Source: a virus. Taken from it: DNA of 64,000 nucleotides. This document shows positions 54,868 through 63,505 of this stretch, in pieces. The notes below the pieces were generated by a model that was not told the DNA's origin, ran no database searches, and was given only the letters and a program-made list of their open reading frames with translations. The stretch's first letter is position 1, and each line of letters starts with the position of its first letter. Both the position numbers and the translations under genes were made by a program. The stretch lies in IMG/VR virus record IMGVR_UViG_3300034389_000010, positions 33,935 through 97,934 of that record. The stretch is one strand, 5' to 3'.

Positions 54868-55506
54868 ATGAACACCACCACAACCACCCGATTCCAGAAG
54901 TATGTCGGCGCCGCCGCCGATGCCTTTGAGGCCGGTTTCACCAGCAAGGCCGCACAGAAGCGCGCCTTCGACAGCCTGAACCGCGCCGCCAGCCTGGTCC
55001 GCGAAGACGTGCATCAGCTGTGCTGGGACCTGGCCAAGCAGGACGCGGCGAACACTGAGCGCACCGATGGCGCCTACTGGATGAACTTCGACCTGCACGT
55101 CTGGAGCGCCAAGCGCCGCGCCGAGCTGCTGGGCTACCTGCCCGAGGCCGAGGCGATCGCCAACCAGTTCGACGACCTAGCCGCCCTGCGCAAGTCGATC
55201 AAGGCCGCCCCGATCGTGCCGGTCGAGCGCAAGGAGTGCGATGCCAGCGCCAAGGCCATGACCACCCTGCGCGAGCTGATGGAGAAGCGCGGCGAGCAGT
55301 ACGCCCGTGGCGTGAAACTCACCGAGGTGTTCGGTCGCCTGCCGGTCTACGCCAATGCGCACATGGTGACCAACCAGCACGGCACCACCTTCGTCCGGGT
55401 GTTCTGGTACATGCTCGACGAGCTGACCCCGCTCAACATGATCATGGCCGTCCTGCAGAGCCCGGAAGCCAAGGCCGCCATGGAAGCCAAGGCCGCCCAG
55501 GCGTAA
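54868..55506 (+). CDS. Hypothetical phage protein
   Basis: GAGGA RBS; follows an AT-rich promoter region. Confidence 0.6.
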   Translation: MNTTTTTRFQKYVGAAADAFEAGFTSKAAQKRAFDSLNRAASLVREDVHQLCWDLAKQDAANTERTDGAYWMNFDLHVWSAKRRAELLGYLPEAEAIANQFDDLAALRKSIKAAPIVPVERKECDASAKAMTTLRELMEKRGEQYARGVKLTEVFGRLPVYANAHMVTNQHGTTFVRVFWYMLDELTPLNMIMAVLQSPEAKAAMEAKAAQA

Positions 55507-55558
55507 CCCTTTCGCCCGGCAGGTGATGCCGGGCAACACAGTTACAGAGGAGAGCGGC

Positions 55559-55774
55559 ATGACCGCACAAAGCAAGATCATCGAGGAGCTGGAAGCGGTG
55601 GCCAAGCAGAACGCGACGCCGACCGAAGCTGGTTTCGCCTTCCGCAACGTGTACGCCTCCCAGTTCGAGTGCAGGCACAGCAAAGGGCGGTCCCTCTTCT
55701 ATCGCAATAGCGTGCGGATTGCGCGGGCCACTGCGATCGCGCAGATAGCACAACTGCTCAACACGAAGCCCTGA
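55559..55774 (+). CDS. Hypothetical protein
   Basis: GAGGAG RBS, 71 aa. Confidence 0.5.
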   Translation: MTAQSKIIEELEAVAKQNATPTEAGFAFRNVYASQFECRHSKGRSLFYRNSVRIARATAIAQIAQLLNTKP

Positions 55775-55863
55775 CGCATCGCCCGGATCGCCGGGCTCAC
55801 GAGAGGGCATTCCATGGAGTGCCCTGCCTTGAGCCAAAAAACTAGAAACACCAGGACATCACC

Positions 55864-56319
55864 ATGACCGATCCGCAGACCCCCGCCGCCGAATGGCGCG
55901 AACAGGGCGAGCCCGACCCGCACGGCACCCGCTACGCCTGTGAGCGCGCCGCCCTGGCGATGGGCGATATGACCGACGACCAGTTGGCCAACGCCGTCTA
56001 CACGCACGGCGACATCCGCCCCAGCCTGAATGACGTGCTCCAAGGCAAGGCCCGGATGCCTATCGAGTACCTGACCGCCGCCAAGGACCGCATCCGCTGG
56101 CTGTCGCGCGCCCTGGAGGCATCCCTGGCCGAGGCCGACCGCCTGCGCGAGCAGGTGCGCGCCCTGCAGGAGCCCCGGCCGATCGGCTGGCACCTCATGG
56201 AGGGCGGCAAGGTCGTCGCCATCCTGGTGAGCCGCTTCCAGGTCGAGCACAAGCAATCGCGCCTGGCGCCGGGTGAGCGCATCGTGCCGGTCTATGCCGG
56301 CCAGGACGGTGCCGCATGA
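55864..56319 (+). CDS. Conserved phage protein
   Basis: W...GE.DPHG..Y..ERA.L..G..TDD.LAN. Confidence 0.65.
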   Translation: MTDPQTPAAEWREQGEPDPHGTRYACERAALAMGDMTDDQLANAVYTHGDIRPSLNDVLQGKARMPIEYLTAAKDRIRWLSRALEASLAEADRLREQVRALQEPRPIGWHLMEGGKVVAILVSRFQVEHKQSRLAPGERIVPVYAGQDGAA

Positions 56320-56549
56320 GGCCCAAGACCATCGCCCAGCTGGAGCGCCAGTGCGCCGATTGGAATGCCGCCCACAAGCCCGGCACCCTGGTGCAGTACC
56401 GTGAAGTCCTGGGCACCGGCCAGCCGGTCAAGTCCACCACCCGCAGCGAAGCCCAGGTACTGGGCGGCCACACGGCCGTCGTCTGGCTGGTCGGCAAGGT
56501 TGGCTGCGTGGCGCTCGATCACTGCGACCCTCACTTCGACCAGGAATAG
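56316..56549 (+). CDS. Hypothetical protein
   Basis: WNA.H..GT.V; TRSEA..LGGHTAVVW. Confidence 0.6.
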   Translation: MRPKTIAQLERQCADWNAAHKPGTLVQYREVLGTGQPVKSTTRSEAQVLGGHTAVVWLVGKVGCVALDHCDPHFDQE

Positions 56550-56551
56550 CC

Positions 56552-56764
56552 ATGGCCACCACCCTGACCATCAGCGTCAACGCCTGCCCCTTCTGTGGCG
56601 GCAAGAGCAAGATCACCGGCGTGCGCCGGGGCAACTATCGCCGCGAGGGCACCAACTACCAGGCGCTTTGCAACAGCTGCAAGGCCCGTGGCCCCCTGGT
56701 GCAGGACGACCCCAACGAAGCCGCCCGCCGCTGGAACCGTGCGCCGGCCTGGATCGGTATCTGA
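56552..56764 (+). CDS. Lar family protein
   Basis: CPFCGG...C..C.ARGP....A...WNR. Confidence 0.7.
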   Translation: MATTLTISVNACPFCGGKSKITGVRRGNYRREGTNYQALCNSCKARGPLVQDDPNEAARRWNRAPAWIGI

Positions 56765-57336
56765 TGGGGCGCCGCAAGCTGGCAGACGGCGGGCCGTTCA
56801 AGGCCGCCATCATGGAGCAGTTCGGCAAGGGGCTCACGGATGCCGAGATTGGGCGTCTCGTGGGCTGCTCGTCCCGGACTGTCCAGTACGTCCGCCAGCT
56901 CGCCGGCGAGCCTTCCAGCCTGCCGCGCTACGAGATCCACGGGCAGCTGCTGACCATCCAGGAGGTCCGGCATCACTACGGCCCCTCGGTGGCCGACAAG
57001 CTCAAACGAGGCCTCACCGGGCCGGCGCTGTTCGAGTCGGCCGACCGCATCGACGCCCAGGGCCGCGCCCTGCTCGATCGCGTCCACCAGCAGACCGGGC
57101 TGGACTATGACCTGCTGCGCCGCCGGTACCGCGACGGCAAGCGTGGCGAGGAGCTGGCCGCCCCCAGGGTGCGCCGGGCGAGCATCGAGGACCAGGCCAT
57201 GCTGCAGGCCGCGCACGAGCGCACCGGGCTGAGCATGACCCTGCTACAGCAGCGGTACCGGGCAGGCCTGCGTGGCCAGGACCTGACCGCGCCCCTGATC
57301 CCCAGGGGCAAATACATAAGAAAACCCAAGGAGTAA
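56764..57336 (+). CDS. HTH-repeat DNA-binding protein
   Basis: N-terminal HTH; repeated TGL...LL..RYR.G.RG..L.AP. Confidence 0.6.
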   Translation: MGRRKLADGGPFKAAIMEQFGKGLTDAEIGRLVGCSSRTVQYVRQLAGEPSSLPRYEIHGQLLTIQEVRHHYGPSVADKLKRGLTGPALFESADRIDAQGRALLDRVHQQTGLDYDLLRRRYRDGKRGEELAAPRVRRASIEDQAMLQAAHERTGLSMTLLQQRYRAGLRGQDLTAPLIPRGKYIRKPKE

Positions 57337-57342
57337 TTCACC

Positions 57343-57594
57343 ATGATCAACCGCATCCAGGGCGCCCTGCTGGCGCTCATCATCCTGCTCGACAAGCTGC
57401 GTGTGGAGCCGTCCAACCTCAAGACCGGCGCCGGCCGATTCCGTGTCATCTACCCGGACGGCGGGCGCTCGATCCGCATGAACTGGCGCGATGCCCGCGA
57501 TTACAGCCTGCTGTTCGGCGGCCAGGTGCTGCACGTCCGCTCGGGCACTACGCTGCAGGTCACTGGCGCCCCCGAGGTGGCCACCCATGCGTAA
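57343..57594 (+). CDS. Hypothetical protein
   Basis: AAGGAG RBS, 83 aa. Confidence 0.55.
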   Translation: MINRIQGALLALIILLDKLRVEPSNLKTGAGRFRVIYPDGGRSIRMNWRDARDYSLLFGGQVLHVRSGTTLQVTGAPEVATHA

Positions 57595-58138
57595 CGGCAA
57601 GGCGGATCGACACATGAAGGCCATGGTGATGATGGAGCGGGCGCGGACCTTTGCCACGGCCGCCCACGCCGGCCAGGTTCGCAAGTACACCGGTGAGCCG
57701 TACATCACCCATTGCGAGGAGGTCGCCGACCTGATCGCCGAGCACGGCGGCACCGTGGCGCAGGTCGCTGCTGCCCTTCTGCACGACACTGTCGAGGACA
57801 CCCCGGTGACCATCGAGCTGATCCGTGAGGAGTTCGGCGAGCATGTGGCCGCCCTGGTGGACGGCCTGACCGACGTGTCGAAGCCCGAGGACGGCAACCG
57901 CGCCGCGCGTAAGGCCCTGGACCGCGCGCACACCGCCGCCCAATCGCCAGAGTGCAAGCTGATCAAGCTGTGCGACCTCATCAGCAACACCCGCAGCATC
58001 GCCGCCCACGACCCCGACTTCGCCAGGGTCTACCTGCAGGAGAAGCGCCTGCTGCTGGTAGAGGGCAATTTCCCCGCGTCTGCCCTGCTGGGCGAGGCCT
58101 GGGACATCCTCAACGCCTCCCAGGACGCTCTGGCGTGA
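57587..58138 (+). CDS. HD-domain small alarmone hydrolase (SpoT/Mesh1-like)
   Basis: AH.GQ.RK..GEPY..H, AALLHDTVEDT, LV..LTD, IKL.D...N. Confidence 0.85.
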   Translation: MRNGKADRHMKAMVMMERARTFATAAHAGQVRKYTGEPYITHCEEVADLIAEHGGTVAQVAAALLHDTVEDTPVTIELIREEFGEHVAALVDGLTDVSKPEDGNRAARKALDRAHTAAQSPECKLIKLCDLISNTRSIAAHDPDFARVYLQEKRLLLVEGNFPASALLGEAWDILNASQDALA

Positions 58139-58189
58139 TCGTCAGCGCCCCGGCGGGCGCATGACGCAATACGAATTACCCATGGAGTA

Positions 58190-58774
58190 ATGCGCATGGC
58201 GCGAGAGAAAACCCCCTTTGAGCGCGAGGTGGCGAAGCTGATCAATCCGCTGCGCACCGCGCGCTGGTCTGCCGACTATTCGTGGGGTCGCCTGGAGTCT
58301 GCCCTGGCTGGCCTGGGCAGGGACTGGGGCGGCCTGGAGCTGTGCCCTGACTTCCAGCGCGGGCACGTCTGGACCGCGCAGCAGCAACAGCACTACATCG
58401 AAAACTGCCTGCGCGGCATCGTCCCGGTCAGCGGCCTGCTGATCCAGTTCAACTGCTCGACCTGGTCGGACTTTCGCGAGAGCGAGAGCGATCTGCCGCC
58501 CGGCCTGCAGTGCCTTGACGGCCTGCAGCGCTACACCGCCATCACCGAGTATGTGAAAGGCAACGTGCGCCCCTTCGGCTTCACCGCTGATGACCTGGTC
58601 ACCACCGAGTTCGGCCACAAGAAACTGCACGTCAAGGTAGCCATCCACGACTTCACCAGCCGCGCCGAGCTGCTGCACCAGTACCTGTCCCTCAACGCCG
58701 GCGGCACACCGCATAGCGCCGAGGAGATCGAGCGCGTGCGCGGCCTGCTGGCACAAGCCCGAGGTGAGGCATGA
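58190..58774 (+). CDS. Stand-alone DUF262 (ParB-like) protein
   Basis: PDFQRGHVW, DGLQR.T, LN.GG. Confidence 0.8.
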   Translation: MRMAREKTPFEREVAKLINPLRTARWSADYSWGRLESALAGLGRDWGGLELCPDFQRGHVWTAQQQQHYIENCLRGIVPVSGLLIQFNCSTWSDFRESESDLPPGLQCLDGLQRYTAITEYVKGNVRPFGFTADDLVTTEFGHKKLHVKVAIHDFTSRAELLHQYLSLNAGGTPHSAEEIERVRGLLAQARGEA

Positions 58775-59148
58775 AAGCCCTGTCCATTCGCCAGCCCTGG
58801 GCCTGGCTGATCATCCATGCCGGCAAGGACATCGAGAACCGGACGTGGCACACCAAGCATCGCGGCCGCTTCCTGGTCCACGCCGCCAGCGGCATGACCC
58901 GGCGCGAGTACCACCTTGTCCAAGGCTGGGCGCGCCAGCATGCGGGCGTCATCAACCTGCCCGCCTTCGAGGAGCTGCAGCGCGGCGGCATCATCGGGTC
59001 CGTCGAGCTGGTGGACTCCGTCGATACCAGCGCCTCGCCCTGGTACATGGGGCACAAGGGCTTCGTGCTGCGTGATCCGGTCGCCCTTCCCTTCGTGCCG
59101 ATCAAGGGCCGCCTCGGTTTTTTTGAAGTCGAAATGCCCCACAACTAG
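58771..59148 (+). CDS. ASCH-domain protein
   Basis: KALSIRQPWAWLI...GKDIENRTW, GGIIG.V.L, G.LGFF. Confidence 0.85.
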   Translation: MKALSIRQPWAWLIIHAGKDIENRTWHTKHRGRFLVHAASGMTRREYHLVQGWARQHAGVINLPAFEELQRGGIIGSVELVDSVDTSASPWYMGHKGFVLRDPVALPFVPIKGRLGFFEVEMPHN

Positions 59149-59166
59149 AAACACCAGGACATCACC

Positions 59167-59931
59167 ATGCAGGAACCAAAAGACAAGGCTCACGCCAGCA
59201 TTCTGCGCAAGATCAAGCGCTGCCTAGCGCTATCCGAAAGCTCCAATGAGCAGGAGGCGGCGACAGCGCTACGTCAGGCGCAGGCGCTGATGACCAAATA
59301 CCGCATCACTGAGCAGGACGTGGCCCAGGCCTCGATCGGCGAGGCGATGGCGGCGGATCCAAAGCTGCGGCTCAAGCCCTGGGAGCGAGCCCTGGGCGGC
59401 GCCGTCTGCGACGTCTTCAACTGCCGCAGTGTCATCAACACTCGATCGCGCGGCCGCCGGGTGGTAGCCACCTACATGACATTCGTGGGGGTGACGCCTG
59501 CGCCCGAGATCGCCCAGTATGCCTATCAAGCGCTCCATGCCAAGGCTGCCCATGATCGGCTGATCTACGTTCGCTGGGCGCGGGTCAATCGGCGCGACGC
59601 CAAGGTGACAGCTGAGACGCTGGGTGATCACTTCGCCCAGGCCTGGGTGGAGGAGGTCCATACCAAGTTGGAAGCGCTGGTGCCGAAAGAGGATGCGCCC
59701 GATGAGGCCGGAAGCGACGGCCGTGCCCTGGTGCTGGTGAAGGGTGCCGAGCTGGCGCTGGTCAATCAGTACCTGAGCGAGAAGGGTATCAAGTCAGGCA
59801 AGGGCGGCCGCAAGGTTGAGCTGGATCTGCACGCTATCCGCTGTGGTCTGGCCATGGGCGCCGAGGCGCAGCTGCATCACGGCGTCGCCAGGGGTGGCCA
59901 GCAGCAGCCTATGCTGGGGAGTGGCGCCTAA
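59167..59931 (+). CDS. DUF2786-domain protein
   Basis: KIK.CLALS.SSNE.EAA.AL.QA..LM.KY. Confidence 0.75.
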   Translation: MQEPKDKAHASILRKIKRCLALSESSNEQEAATALRQAQALMTKYRITEQDVAQASIGEAMAADPKLRLKPWERALGGAVCDVFNCRSVINTRSRGRRVVATYMTFVGVTPAPEIAQYAYQALHAKAAHDRLIYVRWARVNRRDAKVTAETLGDHFAQAWVEEVHTKLEALVPKEDAPDEAGSDGRALVLVKGAELALVNQYLSEKGIKSGKGGRKVELDLHAIRCGLAMGAEAQLHHGVARGGQQQPMLGSGA

Positions 59932-59933
59932 GC

Positions 59934-60428
59934 ATGCCAAGCCACCGCAGGAGACCGCCCTTGTCCGTTGACGCCTATATCGCCACCGAGCGCCGCCAGA
60001 TCGAGGGCATGACCCTTGCCGATGCGGCGCGCTACTGCTGCAAGGAGGGCATGAGCAAGGCGCAGGCCTGCCAGGTGATGCAGATCCATCACGAGCACCT
60101 GCAGAGCGTCCTGGCCGGCATGGAGCGGCTGTATTGGCCGAGCCATGGCAAGTCCAATGCCTACCGCGACGCCCAGGACCGGCAGCGCCACGTCTGCACC
60201 CCCGCCCAGGCCGAAAGCCTCGCCCGCGCCCGCAAGCAGCGCCTGGCCGACCAGGTTTACACGGTCCGAGGTGTTACCGCCTCGCTGCCCGAGCTGTACA
60301 AGCGCTTTGAATGCCCCTGCAGCCTGCGCCAGGTCCAGCGGCGTGTCGCCGAGGGCATGGGCGCCGAGGAGGCCCTATTCACCCCCACCACCCGGAGTAA
60401 CCAGCACCGCTCTACCCGTACCGCCTAG
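59934..60428 (+). CDS. Putative DNA-binding protein
   Basis: C-terminal YTVRG...SL.EL...V.RR...GM..EEAL..P. Confidence 0.55.
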   Translation: MPSHRRRPPLSVDAYIATERRQIEGMTLADAARYCCKEGMSKAQACQVMQIHHEHLQSVLAGMERLYWPSHGKSNAYRDAQDRQRHVCTPAQAESLARARKQRLADQVYTVRGVTASLPELYKRFECPCSLRQVQRRVAEGMGAEEALFTPTTRSNQHRSTRTA

Positions 60429-60472
60429 CCCTACCCCAACCAGAGCGCCACAGGCGCCATAAGGACCTCACC

Positions 60473-60760
60473 ATGACCCAATCCACAGACGTCACCGACG
60501 CCCAGTCCCTGGCCAGCGCGCTCAGGCCCCTGGTCGGCCAATGGAAACCCCGCTCCAACAAGGAGCTGGATGCCCTCAACCAAGCCCGCACCCTGATCGA
60601 TCTCGCCATCAATGCCGCTCCGCGCGACCAGGCGCCCGGCCGGATCTCCGCCGGTGATGCCACCCTGCGCACCCTGACCGTCCAGATCGACGGCGAGATC
60701 CCGGAAATGCTGCGCACCATGGGCGAGCCCGTGGTGATCACCCACGCGGTGGCGCTATGA
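60473..60760 (+). CDS. Hypothetical protein
   Basis: AGGACCTCACCATG leader. Confidence 0.55.
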   Translation: MTQSTDVTDAQSLASALRPLVGQWKPRSNKELDALNQARTLIDLAINAAPRDQAPGRISAGDATLRTLTVQIDGEIPEMLRTMGEPVVITHAVAL

Positions 60761-61302
60761 GTGCTCATCCCGTGGTGAACCGGCGCCTGCTGGTCGATGC
60801 CGTGTATGGGCTGACCCGTTCGGTCAATCCCGCCCCTGAGCTGATCGGCGAGACGATCGCCGCCCTGAGCCGGGTCTTGAACGACCTCACCGAGGAGCCG
60901 TGCCAGCTGGCGCTGCTGCTGGCCGGCGACGTGGTCGAGTTCGGCCAGGCGCCCCAGCAGGGATGCACCGTTCTGCCCAAGGGCAATGTCCCGGTACCGA
61001 CGACCGCCATGGAGGCGGCCGCGATGATCAGCCTGGGGCAGCACTGGTTTGCCAGCCATCCGGAGCAAGCGCCCAGGGCGCGCAACGTCGAGCGCTTCAC
61101 CTGCGCCGGCAAGGGTGGCGCCTATGAGCGCCTGGGCATGGCCAAGCCTGCTGGCGCCATCAAGGCGGTCCAGGGCGACAGCGGCCTGATCGTCTACCGC
61201 GATGAGGCGACCGGGCAGCTGTATTTCCGGGACCCGGCGGACTTCACCCGGCGGATGGAGCGTATCGAGGCGGAGCCAGCGGACTCAGGGTTTACTGCAT
61301 AG
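60757..61302 (+). CDS. Hypothetical protein (DUF1653-like C-terminus)
   Basis: KGG.Y..LG.A...VYRD...G.L..R...F. Confidence 0.55.
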   Translation: MSAHPVVNRRLLVDAVYGLTRSVNPAPELIGETIAALSRVLNDLTEEPCQLALLLAGDVVEFGQAPQQGCTVLPKGNVPVPTTAMEAAAMISLGQHWFASHPEQAPRARNVERFTCAGKGGAYERLGMAKPAGAIKAVQGDSGLIVYRDEATGQLYFRDPADFTRRMERIEAEPADSGFTA

Positions 61303-61413
61303 CACTAGGAATATAGTTCCTATCAAGTGATACTATAAGGCGACCTTTGTTCAACATAGGTGGGTGCCCTGATGACTCCGGTGATCACCCACCTCGCCCG
61401 GAGATACCCATGA

Positions 61414-61677
61414 ATGACCTTTCCCTGGATCGCGCCAATGAGTGATGCGCCGATCCCCCGAAAGAAAGCCCGGCCGCCCGTGGTCTTCCCCAGCCCCACC
61501 GCCGAGCAGGTCAAGACCGCCCGCAGTATCGTCGGTATCTCCCTGGATGCCGCTGGAACGGCGGCCGGCGTCACTGGCCGCCAGTGGTCCTACTACGAGA
61601 AGGGCGAGCAAAAGATGAACGGGCGCGTCTGGATCAACTGGTGCTTCCGCTTCGACCTGGTCAAGCCGGACCTGTAA
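61414..61677 (+). CDS. Small XRE-like HTH protein
   Basis: PT.EQVK.AR...G.S...A....GV..RQW..YE.G. Confidence 0.6.
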   Translation: MTFPWIAPMSDAPIPRKKARPPVVFPSPTAEQVKTARSIVGISLDAAGTAAGVTGRQWSYYEKGEQKMNGRVWINWCFRFDLVKPDL

Positions 61678-61748
61678 CGCCGATCGCACGACGCTTGGCC
61701 ACGCCCTGGCCAGGCTGATCACTCTTTCTACCCTACGAGGCTATCCCC

Positions 61749-62786
61749 ATGACTATCCCTCGCATGCCCCAGCGCCTGGCGCGCTGGGAGGAGGACTATC
61801 TGCGCGTGCTCCAGCGGCTCGCGCGTCTGCCGGCCCTGGATGCCTGGCGCGGCAACCGCACCGGCGTGCGCACCGTCAGCGAGTTCGGCATCCAGCTGGA
61901 CGTGCCGCTGGCCGAGGGCACCCTGCCCGCCATGGTGACCAAGTCGGTCCACACGCGCAGCGTCTTCGCCGAGCTGCTGTGGTTCCTGAGTGGCGACACC
62001 AACACCAGCTATCTGCACCAGCACGGCTGCACGATATGGGACGAGTGGGCCGACGAGAACGGCAACCTCGGTCCGGTCTATGGCGCCCAGTGGCGCACCT
62101 GGGAGCTGGATGCCAATGGCGACGGCGACACCATCGACCAGCTTTACCACCTGGTGGAAACGCTGCGCGAGCGCCCGGACAGCCGCCGCATGATCGTGTC
62201 GGCCTGGAACCCGGCCGTCCTGCCCGATGAGTCGATCAGCCCGCAGGCCAACGTGGCCCTGGGCCGGCAGGCGCTGGCGCCCTGTCACATGCTGTTCCAG
62301 GTCTACACCCATCCGCTGGGCATCCGCGAGCGGGCAGAGATCGCCGAGGCGCGCGGCCTGGCGCTTCACCTGCAGCACGCAAGCGAGCGCGGCGCCGAGG
62401 TCCTGCACCAGGAGCTGGACGCCATGGGCATCCCGCGCCGTGGCCTGCAGCTGCGCGTGGACCAGCGCAGCGCGGACTGGGTGCTGGGCGTGCCCTTCAA
62501 CGTCCTGAGCTATGCGACCCTCGCCCACCTGCTCTGCCAGGTCGTGCCGGATCTTGCGCCCACGCGCCTGGTGATGCACTTCGGCGACTGCCACCTGTAC
62601 GAAAACCAGGTGGAGGCAGCTCTGGAGCAGCTGCGCCGCTGGCATGCCCTACCGCCCGAGGGCGAGCTGGCCTATCCCCTGGTGAAGCTGCCGCGCCGGC
62701 CGCACCTGGACGCCTACGAGCTGGCCGACATCGAGGTCACCGGCTACCAGCACATGGGCAAAATCAGCGCGCCCGTCGCGGTTTGA
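61749..62786 (+). CDS. thyA: Thymidylate synthase
   Basis: NRTG, ELLWFLSG, LGPVYG.QW, LAPCH, QRSAD..LGVPFN, GDCHLY. Confidence 0.95.
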   Translation: MTIPRMPQRLARWEEDYLRVLQRLARLPALDAWRGNRTGVRTVSEFGIQLDVPLAEGTLPAMVTKSVHTRSVFAELLWFLSGDTNTSYLHQHGCTIWDEWADENGNLGPVYGAQWRTWELDANGDGDTIDQLYHLVETLRERPDSRRMIVSAWNPAVLPDESISPQANVALGRQALAPCHMLFQVYTHPLGIRERAEIAEARGLALHLQHASERGAEVLHQELDAMGIPRRGLQLRVDQRSADWVLGVPFNVLSYATLAHLLCQVVPDLAPTRLVMHFGDCHLYENQVEAALEQLRRWHALPPEGELAYPLVKLPRRPHLDAYELADIEVTGYQHMGKISAPVAV

Positions 62787-62800
62787 AAAGTGGTATCACT

Positions 62801-62821
62801 TGATTCCAATTTATGGAATCA
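62801..62821. promoter_or_regulatory. Palindromic operator TGATTCC-N7-GGAATCA
   Basis: Perfect inverted arms in an AT-rich intergenic region; half-sites recur at 33757, 33790, 54741 and 54774. Confidence 0.55.
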
Positions 62822-62881
62822 TAATTCGGCAAACTGATTGGGCGCTTCGGCGCCCTTGCTGTTCACTTGCCGGAGATACCC

Positions 62882-63232
62882 ATGACCCAGTTCGCTCTGA
62901 TTCCTTCCCGCCCCGTTCACGACGTGCGCGCCCTTCTGCTGTCCGTCCCCCTCCTTGATTCCGCTGCACTGCGCGCCCTTACCGAAGCCCTGGACGCCGT
63001 CGAGGCGCGCGAACGGGCAATGCACTCCCTGCTCGTCGAGTGCTACGGCGTCATCCAAGGCGACGTCCAGTTCAGCGAAAAGCCCGCAGATCATCCCCAT
63101 GCCGTACTCGCCGAGCGGGTGCTGGCGGCCGCCTGCGGGCGACCTGCCGAGACGTTTCGGAAAGTGCCTGCGAGCGAGGTGTTTGCCCTGCCCCAAGCTG
63201 TGCAGATCCACCAGGAGCACGCTCATGCTTGA
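62882..63232 (+). CDS. Hypothetical protein
   Basis: GGAG RBS, 116 aa. Confidence 0.5.
   Translation: MTQFALIPSRPVHDVRALLLSVPLLDSAALRALTEALDAVEARERAMHSLLVECYGVIQGDVQFSEKPADHPHAVLAERVLAAACGRPAETFRKVPASEVFALPQAVQIHQEHAHA
63159..63199 (+). promoter_or_regulatory. Intragenic copy of the late promoter, GGAAAG-N29-CAAGCT
   Basis: Same spacing; 25 bp upstream of ATG 63225. Confidence 0.55.
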
Positions 63233-63500
63233 GACCAGCCAACCCCTTAGCGCCCGTGAGGCGCTGGCCTATGCCGATGGCCGCGCCTACCGCGAGGAGC
63301 TGGCCAGGCTCAATGCCGAGGACGCCCGCGCGGCGGCCCCGGTCGATGCCGTCCTGGTGGAGCACGGCGCCTTTGCCCGCGACTGTGAGGCCCAAGGCCT
63401 TGCGGCCCAGCGCAGCAGCGCCATCCGCATCCCCAAGGCGCTGGACGCTATGGCAGGCCTGCTGGCCGCCGGCAATCGCCAGCGCATCGTCATCGAGTGA
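63225..63500 (+). CDS. Hypothetical protein
   Basis: AGGAG RBS, 91 aa. Confidence 0.55.
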   Translation: MLETSQPLSAREALAYADGRAYREELARLNAEDARAAAPVDAVLVEHGAFARDCEAQGLAAQRSSAIRIPKALDAMAGLLAAGNRQRIVIE

Positions 63501-63505
63501 TCGCC

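Noticed and set aside
61749-62786. ThyA as a base-hypermodification enzyme (dCMP/dUMP hydroxymethylase)
   Set aside because: Keeps the canonical dUMP-specific motifs (PCH, QRSAD, PFN) and no kinase or glycosyltransferase is adjacent; ordinary dTMP supply with dut is simpler
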